Origin: Candidatus Angelobacter sp.
GTDB taxonomy: Bacteria; Acidobacteriota; Terriglobia; Acidiferrales; UBA7541
DNA length: 64,000 nucleotides
NCBI GenBank assembly: GCA_035606955.1
Contig: DATNDO010000043.1
Span: 16,080-80,079 of the forward strand
Reading direction: 5' to 3'
A program made the translations under genes and the position numbers. Below are positions 18,786-27,183 of this stretch, piece after piece. Below the pieces are notes generated by a model that was not told where the DNA came from, did not search any database, and saw nothing but the letters and a program-made list of their open reading frames with translations. Within the stretch, counting starts at the first letter, position 1. Every line of letters begins with the position of its first letter.

Positions 18786-18904
18786 GGGCTGTCTTTCGCC
18801 TCGCGGGACCTCAATCGGCTTGGCCATTATAGCGGAAGGAATTGCGCCCACCAAATCCGGAGCCGGCGCAGTTCGGAACTCGCCATCAAGCCTCGATTCC
18901 CGTT

Positions 18905-19291
18905 TCAGCTGAGGGAATCGAAAAGCTCGGAAATCTTCTCGAAGACGGGGTCGTTGTGACGAATCACTTCACTCTTAACGGATTTGAACGCGTCGTCGCC
19001 GGGAATGCGTTCAATCCAGCTCTGTGCGAGATGCTTCTCATGGTTTGAGAAATCCAGCCGCACCAATAAACGCACTGGTTCGGACTCTTCGGACTCCTTC
19101 TTCTTGCCTTTGTGTTTCGCCTCGTCTTTCGCCTCGGAATCTTCATTCTTCTCCGGCGATTTTCTTTCGAACTTAAATTGAAGCTTGTTGCCGAGACGGA
19201 AGCCCTGCTTCCAACCCTCGATACGATGGCGCGCCTGCTGCGCGGCTTCTTCGTCCGTACCGAAATCGAAAATCAGAAATGTGTGTGCCAT
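18905..19291 (-). CDS. hypothetical protein with central K/E-rich low-complexity segment
   Basis: 128-aa ORF with an ATG start. No recognisable domain. Confidence 0.45.
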   Translation of the reverse strand: MAHTFLIFDFGTDEEAAQQARHRIEGWKQGFRLGNKLQFKFERKSPEKNEDSEAKDEAKHKGKKKESEESEPVRLLVRLDFSNHEKHLAQSWIERIPGDDAFKSVKSEVIRHNDPVFEKISELFDSLS

Positions 19292-19620
19292 ATCCGTATT
19301 CTAGCTTGCCCTCAGGCCGCAAACCACCGCGAAACTGCCACGGCCGTCCCTGCGCGGCAGCATTTGGGCCTGTTTCTCCTGATGGAGAGAGGGCGCGTCC
19401 GCGTGCCCGTCCGTCGGACGAAAATGCGCCAGAAGTTCGCGCCGTGCAAATGAAACTCATTTGCGATCAAGAAAAAGGAAGTGGCACATTTTAAAGTAGT
19501 TGCTCCTGCGCGACTGTGCATGTCATTTGCGATCAAGGTTTGGCGTTTTCGGGGAGTTTTTGGCAGCTTGGCCGTGCCCTTTGACCTGTTGTACGGCGCT
19601 CGCATCGAATATTCGCTCTG

Positions 19621-19653
19621 AAAATGCTAGCACGATGTTGCGCGCGGTGCTAG
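19621..19653 (-). terminator. possible intrinsic terminator after the crcB-DUF190 unit
   Basis: The minus-strand RNA has a 7-bp stem CUAGCAC...GUGCUAG followed by CAUUUUC, about 30 nt after the DUF190 stop. The U-tract is short. Confidence 0.35.
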
Positions 19654-19684
19654 TTGGTGTGGCTGTGGTGTTGGGCGGTCGCGC

Positions 19685-20029
19685 CTATTTCCCGGTGCGA
19701 TATAGGATTACGCGAACCTTTTCGAGCGTAATCAATCCGCCGCCGACCATCTCATCCAGCCGCGGCAATATCTGCTCGATTCGTTCGTTATATTCCACCA
19801 CTTCGATCACGATGGGAAGGTCCTGTGACAGCCGCAGAATCTTGTCTGTGTGATAAATGCTCGAAGAACCGTAGCCGCCGACGCCGCGCAGAACGGTCAC
19901 CCCTGAGAATTTCTCCGTGCGCAGCATCTCGACAATCGCCTGATAGAGCGGCTTGCCGTGCCAGTGGTCCGATTCTCCAATGTGTATTCGCATCAACGTG
20001 CGCTCGCCTTCGAATCGCTCGTGCGTCAT
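19685..20029 (-). CDS. DUF190 domain protein (commonly fluoride-riboswitch associated)
   Basis: 114 aa. It lies 9 nt downstream of crcB. KPLYQAIVEMLRTEKFSGVTVLRGVGGYG is typical of the family. Confidence 0.8.
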   Translation of the reverse strand: MTHERFEGERTLMRIHIGESDHWHGKPLYQAIVEMLRTEKFSGVTVLRGVGGYGSSSIYHTDKILRLSQDLPIVIEVVEYNERIEQILPRLDEMVGGGLITLEKVRVILYRTGK

Positions 20030-20038
20030 GCGCCCCTC

Positions 20039-20410
20039 CTAAATCGCATCGCCCAGCCGAATCCCCGCCAGCATCACAACCAACCCGAGCAGTACGCTCG
20101 CCGCCACGTACGCCGTTCCCTTCATCCATTCTCCGTCCTCTAACATCCGAATTGTTTCCCAACTGAATGTCGAGAACGTCGTGAACGCCCCAAAAAGTCC
20201 CACCGTCAAACCGATGCGCCAATCCGGCGAAATCGAAACATGATTTAGCGCAAATTTCCCAACCAGCCCCAGCAGAAAACACCCCACCAGATTCACGCTG
20301 AGCGTTCCATACGGGAAGCTCGAGCCTGATCTGTGCTGTACCAAACCCTCGAGACCGTACCGCGCCAGCGTTCCCGCAACACCAAATACGGCGAGTAGCA
20401 ATATACGCAC
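20039..20410 (-). CDS. crcB: fluoride ion channel CrcB/Fluc
   Basis: 123 aa with four TM segments. GAFTTFSTF signature. GTG start. A fluoride riboswitch lies upstream. Confidence 0.9.
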   Translation of the reverse strand: MRILLLAVFGVAGTLARYGLEGLVQHRSGSSFPYGTLSVNLVGCFLLGLVGKFALNHVSISPDWRIGLTVGLFGAFTTFSTFSWETIRMLEDGEWMKGTAYVAASVLLGLVVMLAGIRLGDAI

Positions 20411-20446
20411 CTTCGCTCCCTTTTCTGCGCCACGAACCCCTAAAAC

Positions 20447-20480
20447 AAAAAAACTCCCGGAGCCTCGCGGCAGCCAGGAG
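20447..20480 (-). terminator. riboswitch expression platform: intrinsic terminator
   Basis: The RNA reads CUCCUGG-13 nt-CCGGGAG followed by U7. The 5' arm reuses the CUCC pseudoknot strand of the aptamer. Confidence 0.6.
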
Positions 20481-20525
20481 TCATCAGCTCTTTCGAGCGG
20501 TTCAGGCGAACTCCATCGCCTCTCG
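20474..20525 (-). promoter_or_regulatory. fluoride riboswitch (crcB motif) aptamer
   Basis: The minus-strand RNA is GAGAGGCGAUGGAGUUCGCCUGAACCGCUCGAAAGAGCUGAUGACUCCUGG. It has P1 GGCG/CGCC, P3 GCUC-GAAA-GAGC and a GGAG/CUCC pseudoknot, matching the crcB motif consensus as I know it. Confidence 0.85.
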
Positions 20526-20721
20526 TTAAATTATCGGAGCCATTGTACTCCATCTTCTACTTCACGCTAACCACAGAAGTGCTTGTTCCGAGACGCGAAG
20601 AGCCGCAGAACCTCAAACGGCGAGGCTCTGCGCTGCAGACTCAGCGTCGATGCTGACGCATGTCTCGCAGAACAGATACAATTGGAGGTTCTGCAAAATC
20701 TCTGTCTACCAATTGAGGAGC

Positions 20722-21267
20722 ATGATGGAACACAATTTGCAGCACACAATATCGCTTCTCACTCGCACACCTGCTGCTCTCGATGTGCTTCTGCGCGACC
20801 TGCCGGAAACGTGGACGTTCCAAAATGAAGGCGAAGACACTTGGAGCGCGTTCGATGTCCTCGGACATCTGATCCACGGCGAACACACGGATTGGATGCC
20901 GCGCGCGAGAATGATCCTGCAATTTGGCGAGACTCAGACGTTTGAGCCTTTCAATCGCCGAGGGCACGTGCGCGAGTGTGAAGGTAAGTCGTTGGGAGAA
21001 TTATTGGATGAATTTGCGCGTTCGCGGTCAGAAAATCTGCGGGAACTGCGTACATTGAATCTGCGGCCAAAGGACCTCGCGCAACTTGGACGACATCCTG
21101 CGCTCGGAGTAGTAACCCTGTCAGAGCTGCTGGCGACTTGGGCGGCTCATGATCTAACTCATCTGCACCAAATCTCAAGGGTCATGGCGCATCAATACCG
21201 GGAAGCTGTGGGCCCGTGGAGCAAGTACCTGGGAGTGCTGCAGTGCTCCGGCCACAGCTCTCCTTAA
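20722..21267 (+). CDS. DinB-family (DinB_2) metal-dependent protein
   Basis: GAGGAG precedes ATG 20722/20725. WSAFDVLGHLIHGEHTDW and AHDLTHLHQI supply the His triad pattern. Confidence 0.8.
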   Translation: MMEHNLQHTISLLTRTPAALDVLLRDLPETWTFQNEGEDTWSAFDVLGHLIHGEHTDWMPRARMILQFGETQTFEPFNRRGHVRECEGKSLGELLDEFARSRSENLRELRTLNLRPKDLAQLGRHPALGVVTLSELLATWAAHDLTHLHQISRVMAHQYREAVGPWSKYLGVLQCSGHSSP

Positions 21268-21290
21268 TGATGAGGGGTGGCGCTCAGACT

Positions 21291-22661
21291 TTATTTCGAG
21301 GTCACAGCCTGGCGTGTGAAGCGGTCCCATCCTCGGGAGTTCGTCAGCGTGCCGCTTGGCTCTGCCCGCCAGCCGAGTTGAGTGTCAATGCGATCAAATA
21401 CGCTGCGATCCGCGCCTTCCACGCTCAAGCATTCATCTTGAAAGCATCGCAGGTAGGCGTTCCCGAAACTCGCGAACTCCCATCCTTCCGTGACAGGTTG
21501 TTTAACGGCATATTTTTTTTCGAACGCTTCGCTATAAGCGTCGAAGAACTGTGCCGCATCTTTTTCGTTGTCGAGAGCGAGCAGAACTACAAGTATCGTC
21601 TGCTTTGTCTCCTTGTTCTCAAACAATGCGTAACGGTCGCCATGCCACATGGACGCAAAACGCTCCGCTCTGCTCGCATCGATGAATTGTTTCAACACTT
21701 CGCCGAGCGCAAATTCCCCGACTACGTTCTCGTCCAGCTTATTCCAGCCGCGCGGAATTGCCGATTTCAAATCCGGCAACGCAACGATTCGGGGCTTCAC
21801 ATCTTGAAGATACAGACTGGGGTGCAGAATCTGTTGTGTTGAAAGCGGAGGATTCTCAAAGACCTTCTTAAAATCCGGCCAGCCCGAAGTCGCTTTCAAA
21901 AGCTGTTGGGTAAAAACGGCACCATCAAGATAAGGAAACAGCAGTTCGTCACGTATGAACGGCGGCGCTTTCGCGAGCTTCGGGTCCTTGTCCATCTCGC
22001 TTGCGACACCCGATTCGATGAACGGAGCGATATCAGGCACATCGCGGACGCTGGTGTGCATGCCATCCAGGCTGTAATCCATCATGGCCGCCACCGCCGA
22101 ACCCTCGACCACCGCATCCCGCGCCAGCGACGAATCGTCGTTCTCACGCACGGCCTTCTGCCACTTATCGAGATTGAAATACTGGTCGTCAAGGGCATGC
22201 GTGAGCTCGTGCGCCATTACCGGCTTCTGTTCGACAGGATCGATCCAGTCCGCAATGAAAAATTCTTTTTTCTCGGGATCGTACAGCCCTGCGACTTGGT
22301 CGGTCAGCACGTCCAGCAGGAAGGAATCGAGCGGAAATCCCTTGGGAATCAAGCCGAAAGCCTCGAGTGTTCGCTGGTCCGCATACCGTTTCTGCGGTGT
22401 TTCATCCTTTTTCTGCTGCTCGATGAGGTACTGACGAATCTCCGCCTTCGTTCGGATGCTTTTCTTCAAGGAGGATTTCGCAGGCAGGTCCAAAATCTTG
22501 CTCATCACTTCGAGAACTTGGTCGGCCGCAACGAAGAATTCCTCATTGGTCTGGGAATTTGTTTCAGAACTGAAACGAGCCGCGAGCGCAGAGGTCGCGG
22601 CCGTCGTCCCAATGCCCACGGCAAGCACACAAATCAACGCAATCGAGCTCTTGGTTTGCAT
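21291..22661 (-). CDS. secreted putative zinc metalloprotease (HExxH)
   Basis: The signal peptide starts at ATG 22661 (MQTKSSIALICVLAVGIGTTAATSALA). HELTH motif within MAHELTHALDD. Confidence 0.55.
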   Translation of the reverse strand: MQTKSSIALICVLAVGIGTTAATSALAARFSSETNSQTNEEFFVAADQVLEVMSKILDLPAKSSLKKSIRTKAEIRQYLIEQQKKDETPQKRYADQRTLEAFGLIPKGFPLDSFLLDVLTDQVAGLYDPEKKEFFIADWIDPVEQKPVMAHELTHALDDQYFNLDKWQKAVRENDDSSLARDAVVEGSAVAAMMDYSLDGMHTSVRDVPDIAPFIESGVASEMDKDPKLAKAPPFIRDELLFPYLDGAVFTQQLLKATSGWPDFKKVFENPPLSTQQILHPSLYLQDVKPRIVALPDLKSAIPRGWNKLDENVVGEFALGEVLKQFIDASRAERFASMWHGDRYALFENKETKQTILVVLLALDNEKDAAQFFDAYSEAFEKKYAVKQPVTEGWEFASFGNAYLRCFQDECLSVEGADRSVFDRIDTQLGWRAEPSGTLTNSRGWDRFTRQAVTSK

Positions 22662-22880
22662 ATCGCCTCGCTCGGATAGGATGGCAAATGGACGGAAATA
22701 GTTTCCACGTTCTTTTCGCACTTATCAGGAATGCCGCAGACAAGTGGTACGTCGATTAGCAAGAGGCAAGCGATCTTCAGAACTGGCAGCCGCGGTGAGA
22801 CACTACTCTCGCACTTGTATGCGCGACTGAACTGTGCGATAAAGCACTGTTCTGATTTCATAACAAGCTGATAACTTTGC

Positions 22881-22886
22881 TATAAT
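22881..22886 (+). promoter_or_regulatory. possible extended -10 element (TGcTATAAT) for the XRE-like gene
   Basis: The sequence tttgcTATAATttta lies 40 nt upstream of ATG 22927 in an AT-rich spacer. No good -35 element. Confidence 0.3.
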
Positions 22887-22926
22887 TTTAGTTCAATCCA
22901 CTGCCCGATCTCGGAGTACCACCGCA

Positions 22927-23667
22927 ATGTTTCCCGGAATCAGCCTTCGCCAAGTTCGCGAGCGTCTCGGGCTAACATACCGGGATGTTGAGCAGGCAAG
23001 CTACGAACTCGCGCAGCGTCACGGCCGCCCGGAATTCATAGTCCACATCAGCCGCCTGGCAGACTTCGAGAATTCGGGCGCAGTCCCGAGTCTACACAAG
23101 CTATTTAGCCTCTGCAGTATTTATCACCTGGACTTGCAGGAAGCATGCAAATGGTATGACGTTCCGCTTGCTGACATTTTCGGTCCTGCCACTTCACAAG
23201 CTCCGCCTCGAACTCACATGGCTGCGCCACCGCGGGTTGTTCGTTTGCCGATTCATTTTGATCCGGCATTCGATCCCAGGCGGACGAGTTACCTTACGCG
23301 CATGGTGGAGAGTTGGGGACATTTCGAGGCGGCAATCCTAAAAAACGGTCACAACTACCATTACGGGTACGTCGGGCAAGACGACCACTGGATGGAACCC
23401 CTACTCCGCCCCGGTGCGCTAGTCCTTGTCGATCCGCAACGACAGAAGGTGGAAACTGGTGGATGGCGCAATGAAGCGGAAAGGCCTATCTACCTAGTTG
23501 ATATCCGAGGTGGTTACCGCTGTTGTTGGTGCCTGATGGAAAAGGGCCGGCTCGTCCTGCAGCCGCACCCTCTTTCCACGAGCGTCCCGGAAGCCTATCG
23601 TTTCCCCGACGAAGCGGAAGTTGTTGGACAAGTGGTCGGCGTGTCTATGCGCTTGGTCGCGGATTAG
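22927..23667 (+). CDS. XRE-family HTH regulator with C-terminal S24/CI-like beta domain
   Basis: The N-terminal HTH reads SLRQVRERLGLTYRDVEQAS. The C-terminus (LRPGALVLVDP...VVGQVVGV) resembles LexA/CI-type domains. I could not place a catalytic Ser/Lys pair by eye. Confidence 0.65.
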   Translation: MFPGISLRQVRERLGLTYRDVEQASYELAQRHGRPEFIVHISRLADFENSGAVPSLHKLFSLCSIYHLDLQEACKWYDVPLADIFGPATSQAPPRTHMAAPPRVVRLPIHFDPAFDPRRTSYLTRMVESWGHFEAAILKNGHNYHYGYVGQDDHWMEPLLRPGALVLVDPQRQKVETGGWRNEAERPIYLVDIRGGYRCCWCLMEKGRLVLQPHPLSTSVPEAYRFPDEAEVVGQVVGVSMRLVAD

Positions 23668-24094
23668 CGTTCTCTTCAGCAATTAGGTCTAGCAAAACGC
23701 CAATATTGGAGCAGAAGAGCTCGCGCAAATAAGATGGGACTCCCGAAGGAATAAGCACGCGGTAAAATTCGTGTTCCTGCCAACGTTCGGCAATCTCGCC
23801 GGTGCGACCGCCGAGGCCCTCCAAGCATTTCCGCAACTCCACTTCCTGCCGTTCGAGCGATGTTTCCAGGATTCTCTCAAAAAGTTCCTGATGGCACACC
23901 CAAAGTGCTTGATGAACCGCCGGTTCGGAATAGATTGTCTCTAAACCTGCGTGTCGGTACCGGCCTGTCCCCATGTCCCGTAACGTCGCGACATGAAGCA
24001 AGCGGCACAGGTCTCCCGGGATTCCCGCAAGTGTAGTCGAGGCGAAATCCTCGATTACGCGATGGTTCTGTTGGAATTCATCCAGCGCTTCCAT
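23645..24094 (-). CDS. hypothetical protein
   Basis: 149-aa ORF with an ATG start. It converges on and overlaps the XRE gene by 23 nt, and is divergent from the repeat-peptide gene. Confidence 0.45.
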   Translation of the reverse strand: MEALDEFQQNHRVIEDFASTTLAGIPGDLCRLLHVATLRDMGTGRYRHAGLETIYSEPAVHQALWVCHQELFERILETSLERQEVELRKCLEGLGGRTGEIAERWQEHEFYRVLIPSGVPSYLRELFCSNIGVLLDLIAEENANPRPSA

Positions 24095-24186
24095 TTTCTA
24101 ACCTGTTCTGCCGTCAGAACATTTCGAACCCGTTGACTCGTGCCGTGCTGCGCGCGTGACACAAACCCCGCAGGAGGTAGTCCACG

Positions 24187-24435
24187 ATGAAACGGGCAAT
24201 CGCTTTGCTTTTTGTTTTTGCGTTGCTGTTGGTGATAGTAGCTCCCTCGGGTTTTGGCGTCAACACACTGGCGGCAAACGCTTCTTCTCATTCGTCCGTC
24301 TGGGCCGATGGCGGCGCTCCCATCCCACCATTTCCCGATATTTCACGTTCGGACTCGACTGTGCGCTTCTGGGCTGACGGTGGAGCTCCCATTCCACCGT
24401 TCCCGGACATACCGCCTTCGTTTACCGGCGTCTAG
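24187..24435 (+). CDS. small secreted protein with two identical WADGGAPIPPFPDI repeats
   Basis: AGGAGG lies 9 nt upstream of the ATG. Signal peptide MKRAIALLFVFALLLVIVAPSGFG. The two 14-aa repeats are identical in protein but differ at 10 synonymous sites in DNA. Confidence 0.65.
   Translation: MKRAIALLFVFALLLVIVAPSGFGVNTLAANASSHSSVWADGGAPIPPFPDISRSDSTVRFWADGGAPIPPFPDIPPSFTGV
24301..24342 (+). repeat. peptide repeat copy 1 (WADGGAPIPPFPDI)
   Basis: tgg gcc gat ggc ggc gct ccc atc cca cca ttt ccc gat att. Confidence 0.9.
24370..24411 (+). repeat. peptide repeat copy 2 (WADGGAPIPPFPDI)
   Basis: tgg gct gac ggt gga gct ccc att cca ccg ttc ccg gac ata. Confidence 0.9.
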
Positions 24436-24510
24436 TTTTGAGGACCGCTACGCGCTCTGGGGTGCCTTGTAGTAAACGTCACCTAGATGGTAAAGTGCAC
24501 CCCGGAGCGT

Positions 24511-25290
24511 ATGAACCTTTCCTTATTCGACTCGGTATATTGGGCCGCCACTGCATTCCTCGAAGTCGGGGTCTTCTGTCTAGCCTTGCGCCGAAGGCTC
24601 TTCACGCGACTGCCGTTCTTTACACTTTATCTCGGTTTGGTGGTCGCCGACGAAGCTCTCCTGTGGTTAACCTACCGTTTCATCGGAATCAGGTCACGCA
24701 TTTCATACGATGTTTATTGGACTTCGCAGGCGCTCTTGGTTCTCTCTCGCGCAGTGGTGGTATACGAGATTTGCCGGGCGCTTCTGCTGCCCTTTGCAGG
24801 GATCTGGAAACTCTGTCGTCCCCTCCTCGTTGGACTGGGATTGATTCTAGTTGCGAGCGCCCTGGCAACGGCCCGCCGGACGGTACACCCAATTTCTGCC
24901 ACCACGATTATGGCCGATCGAGGCTTGGAGTTCACCGTCGCTAGTGTTTTGCTTTTCGGGCTTATTTTTTGCCGATATTACCGCGTTGAGATTCCGCGAC
25001 ACTTGGCGTGGATTGCGCTTGGACTGGGGTTCTATTCGGCGATACAGGTTGCCAACAACACATTCTTAGGCGACTGGCTTACGCAGCAGCATTTCATGGT
25101 TTGGGGAGCGTTGCGTCGCGCGTCCTTCAACATCGCCACGCTCTTGTGGCTCGTGGCGCTATGGAAGCCGCTTCCCGCTGCGGCGCCTGCACCTGTCTTG
25201 CTCGCGCGCGGTGAATATGAGATTTTGGCGCCACAGGTCAGTGGGCGCCTTCGTGAACTGAACGCCCGGCTCTTGGAGATATGGAAATGA
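24511..25290 (+). CDS. polytopic (about 7 TM) membrane protein, unknown function
   Basis: About seven hydrophobic segments by eye and an amphipathic C-terminal tail. The start is ATG 24511 or ATG 24487. Confidence 0.55.
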   Translation: MNLSLFDSVYWAATAFLEVGVFCLALRRRLFTRLPFFTLYLGLVVADEALLWLTYRFIGIRSRISYDVYWTSQALLVLSRAVVVYEICRALLLPFAGIWKLCRPLLVGLGLILVASALATARRTVHPISATTIMADRGLEFTVASVLLFGLIFCRYYRVEIPRHLAWIALGLGFYSAIQVANNTFLGDWLTQQHFMVWGALRRASFNIATLLWLVALWKPLPAAAPAPVLLARGEYEILAPQVSGRLRELNARLLEIWK

Positions 25291-25838
25291 TCGTGTTCGT
25301 GGCTGTCTTGGTTGCGCTGGCAATTCTCCTCGGTCTCGTGTGGCTGCTGTTCGGCTCGCAGCGCAGTGCGCCAACTCCAACTATCGGAGATCTCCAGATC
25401 GAAAGGGTCCTTCCAGTAAACTGCCGGCATTTTCCGCAGATCAGCCAGTTGCTCAGCCAGGAAGACATTCAATTCATGCGTGAGCGAACGCCGCGTCACA
25501 TTCAGACTAAATGGCGTGCTGAACGCCGCAGCATCCTCAAACAATATCTAAGCGGACTGCGGCAGGACTTCGGGCGTCTCGAGCGACTGGCACGCCTGAT
25601 CGCTGCACTCTCTCCCGAAATCCGCAAACGACAAGAATGGGAGTGGTTTTGGCTCGTTCTACAATTCCATTTTTCGTATCGGATAATCGCATTGAAACTT
25701 GCTCTTGGCAGTTTTTCTCCGGAAGGACTGGCCGGACTTACGGAGATGATTGCCGGGTTGACCACCGAGTTGGAGAATCGCATGGCCCTGATCGCGGAGC
25801 ATTCTCCCTCGCGCATGCGCACGAATGCTGCGGGATGA
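25287..25838 (+). CDS. single-pass membrane protein, unknown function
   Basis: ATG 25287 overlaps the upstream TGA (ATGA), with GGAG 8 nt upstream. N-terminal TM segment IVFVAVLVALAILLGLVWLLF. Confidence 0.5.
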   Translation: MIVFVAVLVALAILLGLVWLLFGSQRSAPTPTIGDLQIERVLPVNCRHFPQISQLLSQEDIQFMRERTPRHIQTKWRAERRSILKQYLSGLRQDFGRLERLARLIAALSPEIRKRQEWEWFWLVLQFHFSYRIIALKLALGSFSPEGLAGLTEMIAGLTTELENRMALIAEHSPSRMRTNAAG

Positions 25839-25963
25839 ACCGCCCTCTCACTCAGTAGATGCGCCGGCCGAACGTAAAACGTAACTCGTACGCCCCTCCC
25901 GGAGACAATACTCCCTGATCCCTCTCAAACGGGGCCTTATAATGGACAAGTTAGGAGAATTCA

Positions 25964-27043
25964 TTGCCTGGGGAAAAGATTCTCGTCTGTGACGATGAAG
26001 AAGCGATTCGAGAGGTCGTTTCCACCCTCCTCGAAGCCCAGGGGTACCGCTGCACGGTTGTGCCCGACGGTTTTCAGGCCATGCAGGAAATCAAGAATGA
26101 CTCGCACGATCTCGTCCTCAGCGACATCGTAATGCCAGAAATGGACGGTATGCGACTGTTGCGACAGGTCCGCTCACAAGATGAGGACATTCCAGTCATC
26201 ATGGTCACCGCGATGCACGACATCTCTATCGCGCTGGAAGCAATTCGCGCCGGAGCTTACGATTACATTCTGAAACCCTTCGAGAAGGATCAGCTTTATC
26301 ACAGCGTTTCGCGGGCTCTGGAGCATAGGCATCTTGTCCTCGAGAACCGTTCCTACCAGCAAAACCTCGAGCACCTCGTCGCCGAACGCACCCAGCAGCT
26401 TTCGCTAACCCTGCGGGACCTTGAGCAATCGTATGACTACACCCTCGAAGCGCTTGGCGGGGCGCTTGACGCGAAAGACGCCGAAACAGAAGGGCACTGC
26501 CAGCGCGTGACCGCGATCACGATCCTCATCGCGAAAATCATGAAAGTCGAACGCGACCAGTTGCGACACATCGCCCGCGGCGCTTTCCTCCACGACATCG
26601 GAAAAATGGGAATCCCCGACCAGGTTCTGCGAAAGCCTGGCCCGCTCACGGATGAAGAACGTCTGCTCATGCGGCGCCACTGCGATATCGGCTACACCGT
26701 CCTGAACAAGATTCCCTTTCTAAAAGACGCAGCCGAAATTGTCCTCGCGCACCAGGAATGCTACAACGGGAGCGGTTACCCGCGTGGTTTGAAAGGCGAA
26801 GAAATTCCCCTTGGAGCCAGAATATTTGCCGTGGCTGACACGCTCGATGCCATGTGTTCCGACCGGCCATACCGCAAGGCTTTGCCGATTTCGGCGGCTC
26901 GCGACGAAATCAAAAAGTTCTCCGGAACGCAATTCGATCCCCGCGTTGTGTCCGCGTTTCTTTCCAAACCGGACGAATTCTGGACCGAACTTCGCAAGAA
27001 CATCGGCGACCCATTCAGATATCTGACAATGGATGAAAGCTAG
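25964..27043 (+). CDS. response-regulator receiver domain fused to HD-GYP phosphodiesterase domain
   Basis: TTG start with TAGGAG upstream. Receiver motifs DDEE...D...MPEMDG...K. HD-GYP motifs HDIGK and GSGYPRGL. Confidence 0.9.
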   Translation: MPGEKILVCDDEEAIREVVSTLLEAQGYRCTVVPDGFQAMQEIKNDSHDLVLSDIVMPEMDGMRLLRQVRSQDEDIPVIMVTAMHDISIALEAIRAGAYDYILKPFEKDQLYHSVSRALEHRHLVLENRSYQQNLEHLVAERTQQLSLTLRDLEQSYDYTLEALGGALDAKDAETEGHCQRVTAITILIAKIMKVERDQLRHIARGAFLHDIGKMGIPDQVLRKPGPLTDEERLLMRRHCDIGYTVLNKIPFLKDAAEIVLAHQECYNGSGYPRGLKGEEIPLGARIFAVADTLDAMCSDRPYRKALPISAARDEIKKFSGTQFDPRVVSAFLSKPDEFWTELRKNIGDPFRYLTMDES

Positions 27044-27183
27044 GGACATGCAGTTGGTAGTGTGCGGAAACCCGAACTGGGGCTCAGCGTGGGATTCGCG
27101 CCACGGCAATCCGAATACGCTTCCCGTACGTACTTCTGTTATTATAGGGCCTCGTTCGAGGTAGTTTGTTCAAGGAGAGATGC

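Noticed and set aside
19500-19853. 117-aa plus-strand ORF in the 19.3-19.7 kb gap
   Set aside because: It overlaps the DUF190 gene in antisense for half its length. It has no RBS or domain. The gap is more likely regulatory.
22662-25900. XRE/S24-like regulator region considered as a prophage or mobile-element remnant
   Set aside because: I could recognise no integrase, transposase, phage structural or replication genes. I found no flanking direct repeats. The nearby tRNA genes are far away and not adjacent to any recombinase.
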